This document shows positions 1-14,368 of a stretch of DNA of 64,000 nucleotides, piece by piece. This stretch comes from Schmidtea nova. Lineage: Eukaryota. The notes beneath the pieces were generated by a model that was given only the letters and a program-made list of their open reading frames with translations, did no database searches and was not told the origin of the DNA. The stretch's first letter is position 1. Each line of letters opens with the position of its first letter. A program made the translations under genes and the position numbers. The stretch lies in NCBI GenBank assembly GCA_044892505.1, contig CM097884.1:79546001-79610000 (forward strand), written 5' to 3'.

Positions 1-1605
1 TTAAATTAATTATACATTAAAAAAATTTTCACTTTCTCCAAAACTCCCCTAAGAAATATTCCAAATTTACCGACAACCATATTTTAAAAATGACTAAACG
101 TTTTTTGGGAATTTTTTGTGTGAAATGTTTGCGGACTTCGAAAGTTTGTATGCTTTTTTCTTTATCTATTGTGTTTCTTTGATTGATGTACACAATCTTA
201 CTTATTAGCGGTGTGCAATCAAAGTGACGGAGGACAATTAGGAAATACTTCCGTATAAATCTACATTCATTAAAATTACAAATCATTAAAAACACAATTT
301 TGAGTTATTTACAAGTTAGATTGTTTTCCATTAAAACATAAAAAACATGACATGATGTGCAAATTATCTGCAAATTATCTGCTTGTATTAAATACAATTT
401 GGAAATTATTGAAGTAACTAAGTTAATAATTGACGGACTCCGCTAGTGGCAACATATTTTTGTTGGTAGTGTATTATTCGTCACATGTTACGTTTTCCCC
501 ATCGTAAATAATACGGTGCCTAAACAAGTTGCAGCTTGACATGTGTGCATCCTTTCTCAATTACTAGGAACGAATACGCGTATATATTCGACATAATCAT
601 TAAGAATAGAAAGCAAATTCATGATGCGAATAATTCATCATAAGCGCAACGCAGTACAATAAAACATATCGAGTATATACGAAATAAAATTACTTACGTC
701 AAGTTAATCAAACGTGTTATACAGAATATTTTTATTTTCAAAATTTTTGGGAAGAATTTTGAAACTGTTGCGTGGCAACGAGGCAGAGAGCATAGTGAGA
801 ATAAAAGAAATTAACGAAACTTTTACAAAAACCTTTTATTTGTTATTACAAAATGAAATATGTAAAATTTATTTATAATATTTTAATTCCTTTTTACAGT
901 TTAATAAAATTTGAAAATTTGATATTAAATTAATTAAATTTTTTTAAAGATTTTTAAAGATTTTTCAGCATTATTTAAAAGATGCATTGTATTCCTTGAT
1001 AAAAATAAAATTTGCGAATAAAGTATTCCAGTTAACCTTTATCCCATAGAGATAATGGTAATTTTATGTTCCTATATTTTACATGATATTTATTTTAAAA
1101 ATGAAATTTCTGGAAAATTAAACATCTAAACTTCTACAAGACTCCCAGATGAGATGAGCAAAGATCATGGGGATCAATAATTTGATTTTTACAACTACAG
1201 CTAAATGACGATTTATATTGACGGTAATTTTTTATAAATTGAAAATTTTTAATTTTATCGATTTAATTTTATAAATTTCTTTAAAAAATCGATTTTTTGA
1301 AATTATTATATTTTTCCTATTAATTATTACCATATCTTCCCGCATATAGCCCGTACCTTATTATACCTTTGAATAGTTTGGGATATTTTATAAAATTAAA
1401 GTTTAATGTTGGCAATGATATTTCGATCTACTTTGTATGTTTTTGTTTTACAATAAATAATTTCAACTGTTCCTACGGAAAAAGAATTGATATTCTCCAA
1501 AGATCTGGTATAGCTTGAGGGGTAAGCGCGGAACAATACGGTAGTTTTAAATTAATTAATAAATAAGTAACAAAATAAGCCTTTGCTGCAAAAATAATTT
1601 TATTA

Positions 1606-2893
1606 CGTGGTGCGCCTAATAAGTCGTGAGACAAATATAGAAATAATAATAGTAAAAAATTGATACAGACATATTTAAACTTCAATATATATAGGTAAAG
1701 AAAATGTATTTTGTTTTAATAATCCATTATTGTTTAAGTATATTTTTGCAAACATTCGAAAAATGCCTCTGGAAACTATTCAATACCGTAGCGTTATTCG
1801 CTTTCTCTTTCTGAAAGGAAAAAATAGAGAAGAGGTTCTTTCTGAACTGAAAGCTGTTTACCAACAAGAGTGCCATCCACAGCAGCAATTTATCGTTGGT
1901 TCAATTACTTTCAGAGTGGTAGAACCTCCGTGGTGGACGAAGAAAGATCTGGAAGACCCTCAGAAATTGATGAAAAAATAACGCAAAAGCTGCAGACATT
2001 CGTGCAAAACGAGAAAAAAAATAACGACGAGAGAGCTTGCAACCCGTCTATATGTGAGCAAAGGCACTGTGCATACTCTCCTCACTGAAAGTGGTATTCG
2101 AAAACTATGTTCCCGTTTTGTGCCATGCTTCTTAACGGTGGAAATGCGACAACGACGCTTGGAATGCTACTTGGAGAATCTGCAGATCAGGAGCAATGTT
2201 GGAGACCGTTTCATTGATAATATCATCACTGTGGACGAAACACCGTTGTCCCTTTATGTCCCTGAATCTAAAAGAGAGTCTCAAGAATGGAAACTGCCAG
2301 GAGAAAGCAGCTCACTGAAAATGCGGTCCTCAACTTGCCACCGAAAGGCTCTCATGCTGACGGTGTTTCGGTACGCCAATGGCATTATTCTGACTGACTG
2401 CTGAATCCGTCGTGAAGATCAATAGTTCTTACTACTCCAACATCGTGCAGCAAGCAAGGAAGTCAAGACGCAAGAGCAGAGTGTGTGATCTCTATTTTTA
2501 CACGATAATGCTACCGTCCACACCAGCAGCGTTCCCATGGCCAAAATTGAGCGTTGCGGGCTCAATTTGCTTCCCCATCTACCATAAAGCCCCGATTTGG
2601 CTCCCTCCGATTTTTTCCTGTTTAACCATTTTAAGAAGCATCTGCGGGGCCAGGTGTTTGCCAACAAACATGATTTGAGAGCAGCTCTGGAGAGCTTTCT
2701 GGGAGAAAAGCCTCCAGAATTCTTCAAAAACGCCTTCGAAAACCTCTTTATTTGCTGGGAAAATTGTGTCAGTGCAGAAGGAAATTATTTTGAGAAATGA
2801 TGCCTATTTACCATGCTTGTTCTAAATACAAAGTTTTGTGTTGATATCTTAAGTCTTTCTATTTTAGTCTCACGACTTATTGGGCGCACCACG
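1606..2893 (+). mobile_element. Mariner (DD34D) DNA transposon, full length (1288 bp), transposase disrupted
   Basis: TIRs CGTGGTGCGCCTAATAAGTCGTGAGAC / GTCTCACGACTTATTGGGCGCACCACG, flanked by TA at 1604-1605 and 2894-2895. ORF fragments carry HTH (ERSGRP), SRFVP, TVDET, HDNA and SPDLAPSDFFLF. Confidence 0.93.
1762..2800 (+). pseudogene. Mariner transposase pseudogene
   Basis: Mariner motifs are split over ORFs 1730-1981, 1870-2088, 2054-2404, 2412-2678 and 2597-2800 by frameshifts and stops. Confidence 0.9.
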
Positions 2894-3239
2894 TAAGTGA
2901 GAAAAATTTCGATTATAAAATAATCCTCGTCAATCTCTAATTCGGCAAATAACTGGTATCTTCATTCATTCTGTTGTTTCTTTTTCGTGATTTCTCTTCC
3001 TTTACAATGAAATTATTTTTGCAGCAAAGGCTTATATTGTTACTTATTTATTAATTAATTTAATACCTAATGCTGCTAAGTGTGTATAATAAAAATTGTA
3101 ATTTGTGTTGATCGTGAATAAATTGTTCTGTGTTGGGTTCATTGAATTCGATCATTAAAGAGCACGATGAGTCATGTCAGTAAACCGATCTTAACCGAAT
3201 AATAACCCAACACTACTTCCTGAGAAAGTACTGGCAGAA

Positions 3240-4111
3240 TCAGCCACATGGCAACAAGCAACGTTCAGGCCGCCCTAAACTTTTGAGCATCAGTTCACAG
3301 CAGCAGCTGAAACCACTTGTGGTGGCTCATCGTCGGTTCCCCTTGTCCAAGTTAGTGTCCACATTTAACACTGACCCTGTGCATGTCAGCATGTTCACAA
3401 TTCGTCGTGCATTATATTTTCATGGTTTCTATGGCAGCTACTGCGCAAGGAAGCCTTTGATTACAGAAACAATTCGTCGTCGTTGCTTGAAGTAGTGTCG
3501 GGAGATAATAAGTTGGATAGCAGAACAATGGCGTTCAGTCATTTGGAGTGATGAATCACTTTCCACTCTTTTCAAATCGGATGGACGCAATTTTGCTGGG
3601 TCGTATAGAAGAACGATTTCACCCTGACTGCATTCAGCCAACTGTGAAATATGGAGGAGGCTCCATCATGTTTTGGAGTCTTTTCTCAGCTAGTGGAACT
3701 GGCTCTCTAGTGAAGTGCAGCAATCACATGACGTCAGTGGAATACCGTGCAATTCTGGAAAATGATCTTGTTCCCTTTCTTCCAGAAATTGAGGGGATCA
3801 TTTTCCAACAGGATAATGCATCAATCCATACTTGGCACATTATGAAGGAATTCTTTCTGCAGCACAGCATCAATTTTTTGGATTGGGTTCTACAAAGCCC
3901 TGATCTGAATCCTATTGAGTTTCTGTTGAACGTCCTTGGTAGACGAGTTCGCAAAAAAATTCCCATTGCCCGTTACGCCTCCGAACTGGAAATGCATCTG
4001 CATGAGGAATAATCACACATCTCCCTTGATTTCCTGGCAAAAGTGGTCAATTCAATGCCTAAACGAGTGCGCCTTGTTATCCAGATGAAAGGTAATATAA
4101 CGAAGTGCTAA
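3240..4111 (+). pseudogene. Tc1-family (DD34E) transposase remnant
   Basis: Motifs GRPK, TIRRAL, ARKPLI, IWSDES, TVKYGGGSIMFW, FQQDNA.IH and QSPDLNPIE, with stops and frameshifts. TIRs not identified. Confidence 0.85.
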
Positions 4112-4797
4112 CTCTCTCAGCACTACAGACATTCAGTATTTGTGTGTGTTTGTGACACTTGTTCCCATTGCTGTTCATTATAAACTGCAATATGTAAATA
4201 ACTGCCTGACTGGAGACTTTTGGTATGCCGGCTATGATATGATGTTAGTTATTATAGATACAAATTTATTAAAACAAAAATTTTTATCAAAATTAAGAAG
4301 TTAATTTCAAATTCATAATGAAAATAATTATTTTGCCTTATTATTGAACAAGTATTATTGCATTGTATAAAACTCCTTAATGGAATTTATCAAAATTTTC
4401 AATATTATAAAAATAATATATTAATCACAATTTAATTTCTAATTAATTTTAAATCAAAAGTTTAAACAAACATCGTAATGTGGAATCAGATGAAATTCAT
4501 TTTCTAAACGAGATAGTTTCAATAATGTGGCCAATGATATTGATTCATGCTCATTTTTTATCCAATTAAAAATCGGTTAGAAGCAAAACAATTACTATAA
4601 AAGTACGTCAAGCGACATTGAATACAGATTTGACTAAATGAATAAAGTTATTGTTTTATTACTTTTTCTATTTATTGCATTAAGTTTGGAGGAGTCCTTC
4701 GTAAGTCAGTTTATGCGTTTTTTTGTTTTTATCAAGCCAATAGTTGTATTTATAATTTTCTATCAACATTGTGAAAGAACTATTTCTTTAGGCCTGT

Positions 4798-4834
<37 letters not shown>

Positions 4835-5872
4835 TATTTATTTATATTTATATTTCATTTTAGTTTGTATATCAATCTCTATTTACGATATACTATTACT
4901 AAATAAATATAACTAAATAATAATAAAAAATATAAATTCAATTTTATTCTTTATTGTTTATTCAAATTTTAATAAATTAAAATTTTCAATAATTTAAAAA
5001 TTTTGTTTAAATTATTTAATTTATGATCTATAATAAACTCTGTATGCAGTTTTATCTACCAATTTTTGTAATTATTTTATTCATTTAAACACATTATGAT
5101 TAAATAAACAATATTTAGCTAATTATAAATTGAAATGATATTTTTAATTATATATTTAAAAAAGATGTCTTGTATGTTATTTACAATAATATGTATATCA
5201 ATAAATTGTAAAAGGATGAATTTACATATTTTTTTCAATGTTGAATAACATTGCTTTCCAATTATTTGTTTGGTACCAATATTAGTATTTTATCCCTGAC
5301 TGGCAATTGTCTAATAATAGTTGAAAATTAAAAAGAATGTGTCAAAAAGGTTGGGCTAAAAGCGCGGATGAGGTAAACTAGAATTCCAAAAGCGTTACTG
5401 TTTTTAATATCAAATTTTCTCAAATGAAAATTTTCAAAACCATATTTGATTTCTTCGAAATTTCTCAAAAAAACACTGAACGGCTCATTTCTGAAGCTTA
5501 TAAACTAGCCTTGCTTTTAAAATATTCATTTTGCAAGAACAAAAAATATAAAAACTTTCAATTATTACTGAAAAACCTTAAAATAATTTATCATATGAAT
5601 AACTGTTATTAAAAACATTTATGATTTTCAATATCGATCAAGGCGAAATATTTCAACCAATCAAAATTAGTTAAGACAATTATCATTAATAAAAATATTT
5701 TATTATCAATACTGCTAAAATGACATGGATAAAATCGAAACGAATCACGCATCGACTTATTAAAATAATAATTTAGGTTTTTAGATGAAATCTAGAAGTT
5801 TCCTCATTTTTATTGCTTAAACATTGGCTTAAATATTTGTAAGTTTTTAAGTAGTGAAAATTTATATTTAAG

Positions 5873-6025
5873 NNNNNNNNNNNNNNNNNNNNNNNNNNNN
5901 NNNNNNNNNNNNNNNNNNNNNNNNNNNNNNNNNNNNNNNNNNNNNNNNNNNNNNNNNNNNNNNNNNNNNNNNNNNNNNNNNNNNNNNNNNNNNNNNNNNN
6001 NNNNNNNNNNNNNNNNNNNNNNNNN
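5873..6025. other. Assembly gap (N run)
   Basis: Run of n. Confidence 1.
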
Positions 6026-6262
6026 GTATATTCAAGACCCGGATGAAAATGATGCTTTTAGAGATTTCTATTTACGGAAAAGAATGGCAAAACACAGAGA
6101 TAAGAAGATAATCGATCCTATGACGTACGGCACTGGCTTTAGTAATTTATGAATTTCAACAAAATGATGAAACTGCTGTTTATGAATAAATATTTTCCAC
6201 GTTAATATTTATGATTCAAAAATTGTAATAAAATATTTCGGAAAAATAATGTATAATTTTTG

Positions 6263-7505
6263 GGTACATGGCGAAAATAGCTTGTTTTTGAGAAAATAGC
6301 ATGTTTTTGAATTTATTAATTTACCATTAAAAAATAATTAAATTAAATTAAATTTTTTTAAAACTGAAACACTATATTAATCGACAAACAAATAAATTTA
6401 TTCGAATCTCAATAACAGCTAAAACTTGTTAAACCTACTGCGTTTCGGAATTCCATATTCCCACATAAATTGTATCAAATATTCGCTCTTTTTCTCTCGC
6501 GAAATACCGTTCTTCTTTCTTAAAAAATACTTCGAACGCGACCACAAACCTTCAATATTTTGTGTGTGTATTTTGGGATCCAGTGGATCAACAAAGTTAA
6601 CGGAATGATTGATGGTCTCATGTTGCATAGATTCAAACCCCCTTAATGCCGCACCATACGCTCTCCATTGATCCGTAATAACTTGTGTACCGGAATGTAC
6701 ATTATTACTAATAATCCGTGCCATTGTATTAGTATTTCTGTTTTCCACTGGTAAGATAAAGATTTTTCGGGATCCCCTTTCAATCCCTCCAACAAACCAC
6801 TGATTATCCAACATTCTTCCGCGATTATATTTCCTCCGATAAAACAAACTCTCATCAATTTCCACAATCTTACTCGTTCCATCTCATTTGTAACCACCAA
6901 GAATTTCAGAATGATCTGCCATATACATACAAAGAGCTTGACGAACAAAGCATGCCCAAAAACCAGATGTATGTCGATCAATTGACAACTCATACGCAAC
7001 ATCAATGTGCTCGACTCCGTTTATATATTTATAAAATATTTTAAATAGCGTTCCCAAAGATGCTTTACTATTATAAAAAATGTATTGTGGCGAATCGAAT
7101 GCGTGGTTTTACATGGTCGCCTGCACACCCATTTGTAACCATCAATAGAATGTTTGTCTGTAATGTAAGACATGCGAGGTGTTCCATAACATAAATCACA
7201 GTGTTTTTCATTGTCGATTATCCCACATGAAGCTAGGAATTTGTTTTGAATTGTACAGTTTTCGAATACTGCAGTTAAGTATGCTTCATTGATTTTAGTT
7301 TCCAATATTGCATAGTCAGTTATTAAGTTTGACGTCTTAACAATCTCATATTTTGAAAGTCTAACCATTTTTTGATGTGTTTTAAAACAATTATTTTTTT
7401 TGGTTAATTTAATTATTTTTAATGGTAAATTAATAAATTCAAAAACATGCTATTTTGTCAAAAACATGCTATTTTGTCAAAAACATGCTTTTTTCGCCAT
7501 GTACC
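6263..7505 (-). mobile_element. Merlin (IS1016/ISXO2-like) DNA transposon, 1243 bp
   Basis: TIRs GGTACATGGCGAAAA... / ...TTTTCGCCATGTACC with internal subrepeats. Perfect 8-bp TSD AATTTTTG at 6255-6262 and 7506-7513. Confidence 0.92.
6419..7368 (-). pseudogene. Merlin/ISXO2-type DDE transposase, frameshifted
   Basis: N-terminal Cys cluster (CDLC...WVCRRPC), then EIDES, RKYNRGR, GGIERG, TDQWRAY, INHS.NFVDP and HTQNIEGLW, split across three ORFs. Confidence 0.88.
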
Positions 7506-10010
7506 AATTTTTGGAATTTTTTTATTGTTTTAATAAGTGGTTCTTAACCGATGGTACATGCACACCGTTGGGAGTGCATGTGAGCATATTTGGGAGGTGC
7601 GAAGTTGTAATTTTACAAGTTCACAATTGGATTTAAGTGAAACTAGTAAAATTAAAATCTAAAATTAAATATTTATTTTTATTAGTAAAAATTATTTTTA
7701 TCCACTAATTCCAAAATTTTCAAGCATAAATGAGCAAAAGTAAGGACAAAGTCATTAACCATAAATTTATATTTAGATAAAAATTAATATTTATTATAAA
7801 TAAATAATAAAACTGTGTTTGTTTGTTTTTACAATTTACATATTTAAATAATTTTGGATTAATGGTGCGAGAATATTATTTGAAAATTTTAGGTGTGTCG
7901 GTAGAGAAAGAGGTGAAGAACCCTTGGTTAAAATAAATAAAATCTTTAATTTCGAATAGTAAAACTGTCGAAGTTCGTCTAAAATGGTTCAACATGAGAC
8001 GAAAGTGCACGAGAGATTGGGGTCAAATCAATAAAAAACTGAAAAATGAAAAATTTATAATTGATAAATAAGTACAAAAAAATAATTAAAAATTAAAAAT
8101 AACATATCGTGGGGGAAATTGGTATGTACGAATATATATCCCTAGAAAAATATATTCAATAAATAAAAATTAATTAAAAATTAATCAATAATTTATTAGT
8201 TATGTAGAAAATCCGAGTACATATGAAACCCGAACAAAATTAAATTATCGGAGTCGGAGGCCAAAATGATTGAATTATAAGAAACAGCAATCATCTCAAT
8301 TCTGCGAAAATCAAATTATTAAAAAAGATAATTATATTATGTCCCCATTCTGGAAATTTAATTGATATGTTGACGCAATAAAAGAAATAGCAAAACGACA
8401 GTAAATCGATACTTTGGTAAGTGGGAAGAGTTTGATTATCAAAAACATTAGCAAATCAAAAGCGTATCACAAAGGGCGATATACCCTTGGTAGACCTACC
8501 CTGTCGTTGGAATAAAGAAGAGTGCGGATTAAATTGTGAAATTCAATAAAATTTATTGTGTTGGGTTTTGGTGATTTGTAATTATTAGAGCCCGAGGAGT
8601 CAGAGAAGAAACCGACTCAAAATAAATAACCCAACAAAACAACAATTTTCAGAAAATAATATTGCATTTTTTAATATTTATGTAATATTTTATGTTTATT
8701 ATTTCTGATCGAATGAAAGATTTGAACAAGTTCTAGGATGGGTTTGGAAATGCTTGTTAATTCCTACTCATTTGTATTTTTACTAGATTTTTTGAATTTT
8801 GAAACCGGTTATTTTCTAATAAAAATTTTTTTAGATTGTAATTTCCCTTAACTGCTCTCAATACAATTACTATGCAATAGGTAAGTTCAGCTTTCTAAAT
8901 TATTTATTATGGAATATTGTTCTAAATATAATTTATTAAATAATATAATTTATTTATTAAATGGATGGTCGACATCTACAATGTTTTGCGTATGCTCATT
9001 AAATAAAATAATTACCTCCTATTGTACTATTTTGTCTGTCATATTTCCCCTAAAGTAAAATATATAAAAATTTCAATAATTTCGGAACTCGCTTTGTAAA
9101 TTATTATTTTTTAAAATTTATATTTAAGGTTAAAGTTCCATTTTTGAAAAGAAGAGAATAAAGACTCAAAAGCAGCAAATCCGGAGGGAATCATTTATAA
9201 GAGAGTTACCCATCGTTCAATAACAGACGATGTTGTGAGGCTGTCACAGAATAATATTTAAAGGCCTTTCAATAAAATAAAAAACTGAATGAATATTGTG
9301 CTATTGTCAAATTTGTAAACAAATTGATATTGAAAATTTTTCAATTTCATTTATTTTTATTTTGTTTACTATGGTAAAAAATTATTCATCATCGAATACT
9401 AAATGAGGGTAAATGAACTTTGGGATATAAAATTTAGGTTATTTGAAATTAAACTAAAGGAAACGTTTTATAATCTAAAATTAATTAAATTCCAGACAAA
9501 TTTGATTTTGATATAAAATTGATATTGTTCATAATCTTTTTTTGGATTCTAGATAGATGGTAACTTTGAAAATAAATATATAAAATTACAGTGATAATTG
9601 ATGATTAACGTGAAATATTCTGATTAATTAAAACGTGTATTCAGGATATTTGTAAAGTTCGTAACCTAAAATATTTACAGTTTCTTTTCGTTGGTAATCA
9701 ACATATTTGTACGGACAAATTACTTTCTTGAGTATATTAGTTTGTTTTTCGCCACCATAAATCAGAAATCTACGATGAAATATAATGCGTTCTATATTGA
9801 TTCGTCGATTGATAGATTTAAACAGCGACGACTTATGGAGCACAATTCAAGATTTCATCTTTAATTTCTGGATAAATCTCAATAATTTATTAACAAGAAC
9901 TTCAACTCCAAATGCTTAAAAATTAATAATAAAATAATAGAGCACAAATTAACCCGTTTCGGAATTTTTTGTCATTGTAGAATAATTGGGAAAGAAAAGG
10001 CTTTCTGTTT

Positions 10011-10458
10011 TTATAGTGTTGATAAAGCAATTAAAATTTTTACATCCTGAACTATTTTATTGATCAACCAATCAAAATTAAGAGTTTTTAATCGGAGAAT
10101 AACTATTTTCCCACTAGAAAAGATATTTACACACAATGGTTTATAAGATTCAAATTTCAATGCAGGTAATATTTCTGGTTCATATACAAATTTTGTTTTT
10201 TTCACAAATAATGCAAGTTAATTTTTTGTTTTATATCAATAGTGATGGTCCATGATTGAAGAGAAACATATTTAATAATATAATGTATGCTTTCCAGAGG
10301 TTTCTTACATCCCATCATTCAAATTTCCCCTGTTTTGAAAAATATAATTGTATATTTATCATTTTACCTATAATTTATTAGAGTTTTCGTGCTGCAAATC
10401 TCATGTTAAGTATAATTTTCATAGGAACTCGTCCTTTGTAATTAATGCTTACCAACAT
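10011..10458 (-). pseudogene. TBP-like gene remnant, homologous to the intact ORF at 60715-61221
   Basis: C-terminal YEPEILPAL...VNIFSSGKIVI matches TBP YEPELFPGL...LIFxSGKxVI. The upstream reverse strand reads INYKG...IFFKTG..MMGCK with stops. Confidence 0.7.
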
Positions 10459-11749
10459 TAATGTAACTAATATTTATATAATTTATTGATTAAATCATTT
10501 AAATATTTAATGACAACCTAAATTATTTCTAAAACAAATATTTATTTTAAAACAATAACATCGTCTATCAAAAGTGTTTACACAACTCTCTTTTGATTAG
10601 TTCATTTACTTTTATCAACTAATCAAATATATACATACATCTTGCATTAACCAATCAAAATATGCATTAGTCTTACATAAATATTGATGACGTCAATTCA
10701 TTAATTTTTTATACAATGAATGATTATATAAATACAATTTTAATTGATTCGGTCATGGAAGTGATGATCAAATAGTTGTGTTTTAATCAAATAAATAAAA
10801 AGCAGAGTTTCAATGTACTATTGTTTTCACGCCAATTCTAATACCGAAAACAGAATGTCTTTAATTTGTTGTTTGGTTAAAATTAGTGTTTCAATGTTTA
10901 ATAATATTTATTATATATTTAAAAAATATTTATTAACTTTGACATTTACAACTTGAAACATTTATTTAAAATTAATTTGCACACTATTTTATTTCATGTT
11001 TAAATTCTTCATCAATGTAAGTATATTCACAATCTTTCACGATAGAACTTAATAATAGTGCTTCCGAATTACTATTCATTGTAACTATATTCAAATCTTG
11101 ATTCATTAACACAACATCATTCATTGATGTTTTTTTTCTTTTAATACCAAGTAACAATTTATATTTTCCATGATTTAGACAATTAGATTTTGATTAAAAA
11201 AATTAACTATTGAAATTTAAAAAACTGATTTTGCAGATTTTGCCATAAAAGTGAATTTAAAAATTGGAAAAGATTTATTATCATTCTGGATTTATTATCA
11301 TTCAATATCATGAATTTGGATCAATTGGAATTTAAAATTCGTCAAATTGGAAAATCCGGAAACTCTATAAAACTCTAGTTAAGGATTCAAAAGAATAACT
11401 AAGACAATTCAAGTAAATTTACAAAAGCAACTTTAGTTAATAATTAAAAAGAACGAACAGAGAAATTTAAAGAATTACGTGAGTACAAGTTTTACTACAA
11501 TTGTTAATAAATAATAAAAGTGGTTCTACAATTGTTGTTTATAGTTCATTTGTATATGCATTCACAACATACACAAGCACGCACGCACACATCCAGTCAT
11601 TTATATAGCATACACCCCATCTGTCTCGAGACAGAATTTTTACCCGAGACTCTTCTGGGCACGACAGATTTCTTTAAAACAATTAATAAATATAATACAA
11701 AATCTACAACAAATAATCCCAACAAAAGGTAAAAGATAAAATGAAACAC

Positions 11750-13003
11750 TACAATTTGTTATTTTTGTAATAAACCTATTTTACGGTTAAAGATCATGTC
11801 TATTATAGAGGTAAATACAGGGTGCAATTTCCTTTAAATGCAACTTTTCTCGGCAACGAAGATTCATCATGCCTATAATTTTTCATAACTTACGCGAATA
11901 AGATTTATATCATATCTTTTAATATAGTTTTAATAAATTTTCAAATTAGAATATAAGTTGTTTTTGACTTTACATGCAAGAGTCGATAATTTCACAATTA
12001 AATTTATTGATTCTTGCTAATTTGTAAGTTCCAGCTTAAAGGATACTGTAAACACTTTGACTTATTTTCCTCTTACTTCATCGGAATATATAGGGACTAT
12101 TATTACTTCCAAAGGAACATTTTCGTTTAAATTTGCAACTTCTTTAGAGGTTTTACAAAATGCATACGAGTTGCCACCGATTTGGGAGAGAGTTACAACT
12201 AAAGAGTATAAAAAAGCTCGACATATATGGGATGAATTTATTTGTGACCCATTGTTTGAATTTATGATGTTATACCTGAAATTGGATATTTTCTTACTTG
12301 TAGACTTTTTTTTCAGAATTTCAGGACAAAATACATTACACATAACAAACTTGAAACTCTTAATTTCAGTAATGTTTTAATTCCAGTAATGTCTTGGAAT
12401 TCCTCTTTGAAATCTCCGATTGAATTGCTCCAAGATATATAGATATATAATTTTTTCGAAGGGGCGATCCGTGTTGGGTTAACTTTTTTTTAACAAACAT
12501 CATGTTGTATCTTTCGACGACATTGAGCTTCTTTATACAGATATTAATAATTTATTAAAAGGTCTCTTAGCCAAAAGCTATAAATGAGTAATTGATATGG
12601 AAAAATTAAATAAAATAATTTACTACTGTGAATCTGATGATTTAGAAGAACTTACATTTGGGTTTACATTAGAAATCGATTTAAAAATTCTTGATCCTAT
12701 TCACAACAAGTTGGATGATTTTGTGCACCTGGCTCAAAAGTTGAGAAGTTGATGCTTACACATTATCCCAAGAAGAACTATGTTCTACATTGGAGACTTC
12801 TCAAACTATTTCTTTCTCTTGGAGTAAAAATAACTCATGTGCATAGGGCAATTAAATTAAAACAAGCATGTATTTTTAAGGAATTCATCAATACTAATAC
12901 CCGACTTCGGGCGGAATCAAGTAATGCTCTGGGTAAAGATTATTATAAATTAATTAATAATAGTCTCTACGGTAAAACTGTAGAAAATCTTAAAAATCGC
13001 ATA
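11750..13003 (+). pseudogene. Protein-primed family B DNA polymerase (Polinton/Maverick type), 5' part, decayed
   Basis: Fragments C..C...KDH...GKYR, IFHNL, FIDS, NYVLHWRLLK and KLINNSLYGKTVEN (PolB KxxxNSxYGK). Truncated at the TSD of an inserted Gypsy element. Confidence 0.85.
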
Positions 13004-13419
13004 TTTAATTATGATTAATTAAAATAAATTAATTATATAATGTAATGTATAAATTATAAATATGTTGGGCCCACCAATTGGTCTAAAAAGGCAAAAATAT
13101 TGTACTAATTTAAACAATAAATACAAATAATAACCACAAAAAACATTCGAAAAACCTAAATTAAAAATTAAAATAAAATAATAAATAATAAATAATAATT
13201 ACTAAATTTCCAGCAAAGGAAGAAAATCAAATTGACACGAGAACGAGCAGTATGGGGGTCTGAAATAAGAAAATTACAAATAAAATCAAATAAAAGTACA
13301 ATTAATTGGTTAATTACTTGAAAAAATCGAGACCACCCAGCGAGAAATCTGAACCGGAAATTTAAAATGGTTTATATTAAAATAAAATAACAAAATTACT
13401 TTGATGGACGGCCTGATCC

Positions 13420-13456
13420 TGATTGGTCAATCTGACCAACTGGATCAGTATAAATA
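13420..13456 (+). promoter_or_regulatory. Putative LTR promoter (ATTGG/CCAAT-type boxes followed by TATAAATA)
   Basis: GATTGGTCAATCTGACCAACTGG, then TATAAATA at 13449-13456. Motif match only. Confidence 0.5.
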
Positions 13457-14368
13457 CCGATCCAAAAATCATACAAAAAACACCTAAAAACTTAGCTACC
13501 GAACTGATCTATCATAGTCAGTTACACCAACTTTGATACGACGAATATTGTGTAAAATTTTGGAAACGCTGCATCTTGGATTTTAAGAGTAAATTTTGTT
13601 GTATTGTATTTGCATTAATTTTATGATATGTTTACATGATTCCCATTTATTTCATTTCATTTAATATAATTTATTACTATTAATTGCTCTATTTTTCTTA
13701 TGCTATTATTTTATGATATGATAAATATACTTCCTCAGTAGCTCACGCTGCGAGGGAGCAAGCCGTAAATGTGGGATTTCACCGTTCCACAAGATGGTGA
13801 GCAGAGTTTTTATTGGTATTTTTTATTTAATTTAATTTTATCGGAGGTTTCACGTTACGGTAAAGTTGTGCAGGGACAAGGACACGAGTAAAATTAGTAG
13901 ACAGTGTTTAACATTAGTCAATTAACATTCGATCAGACAGGAGAGAATAAACTACAGTATCAATTATCATGTCAATCGATTTCGCATATGCACACGATTT
14001 TTTTTGAACCCACATAGCTGATCGAAATAATGTCCGGACACACCGAGACGATTTCGACATTTCAACGATAATTTCAATTAGGATATAAATAACCACATAA
14101 TCAGATCGACGCTACTGATTGAATAAGTAAAATCGTAACCTGATCGCTGTAAATAGCGCAGGTGATAGTATGTAAATTTTTAATAAACATATCCCGATCG
14201 CTGTAGATAGCGACGGTGTTAATTGAATAGCTTAGAAAATATTTTTTTATTCCTCCCTTTCATATTTTTTTTGTTTTGTTGATCAACGAGAGAAACACAT
14301 TTCATCAGGTCTCACCAAAATTTGCGGATTCGTCACAGTAAAATTTATTAGCATTATTATTTTCTCAG

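Larger units (their letters stand above)
1547..3063. repeat. ~58-bp inverted repeat pair (1547-1604 / 3006-3063), a small foldback or MITE interrupted by the mariner
   Basis: AAATAAGTAACAAAATAAGCCTTTGCTGCAAAAATAATT is matched by its near-exact reverse complement AATTATTTTTGCAGCAAAGGCTTATATTGTTACTTATTT. Confidence 0.7.

Noticed and set aside
4638-4916. Hydrophobic ORFs spanning (TA)n microsatellites, here and at 52918-53162
   Set aside because: Low-complexity artefacts of AT repeats.
13004-13018. C-terminus (…FNYD) of ORF 12749-13018 as the real PolB end
   Set aside because: It derives from the inserted LTR. PolB continues after 45766.
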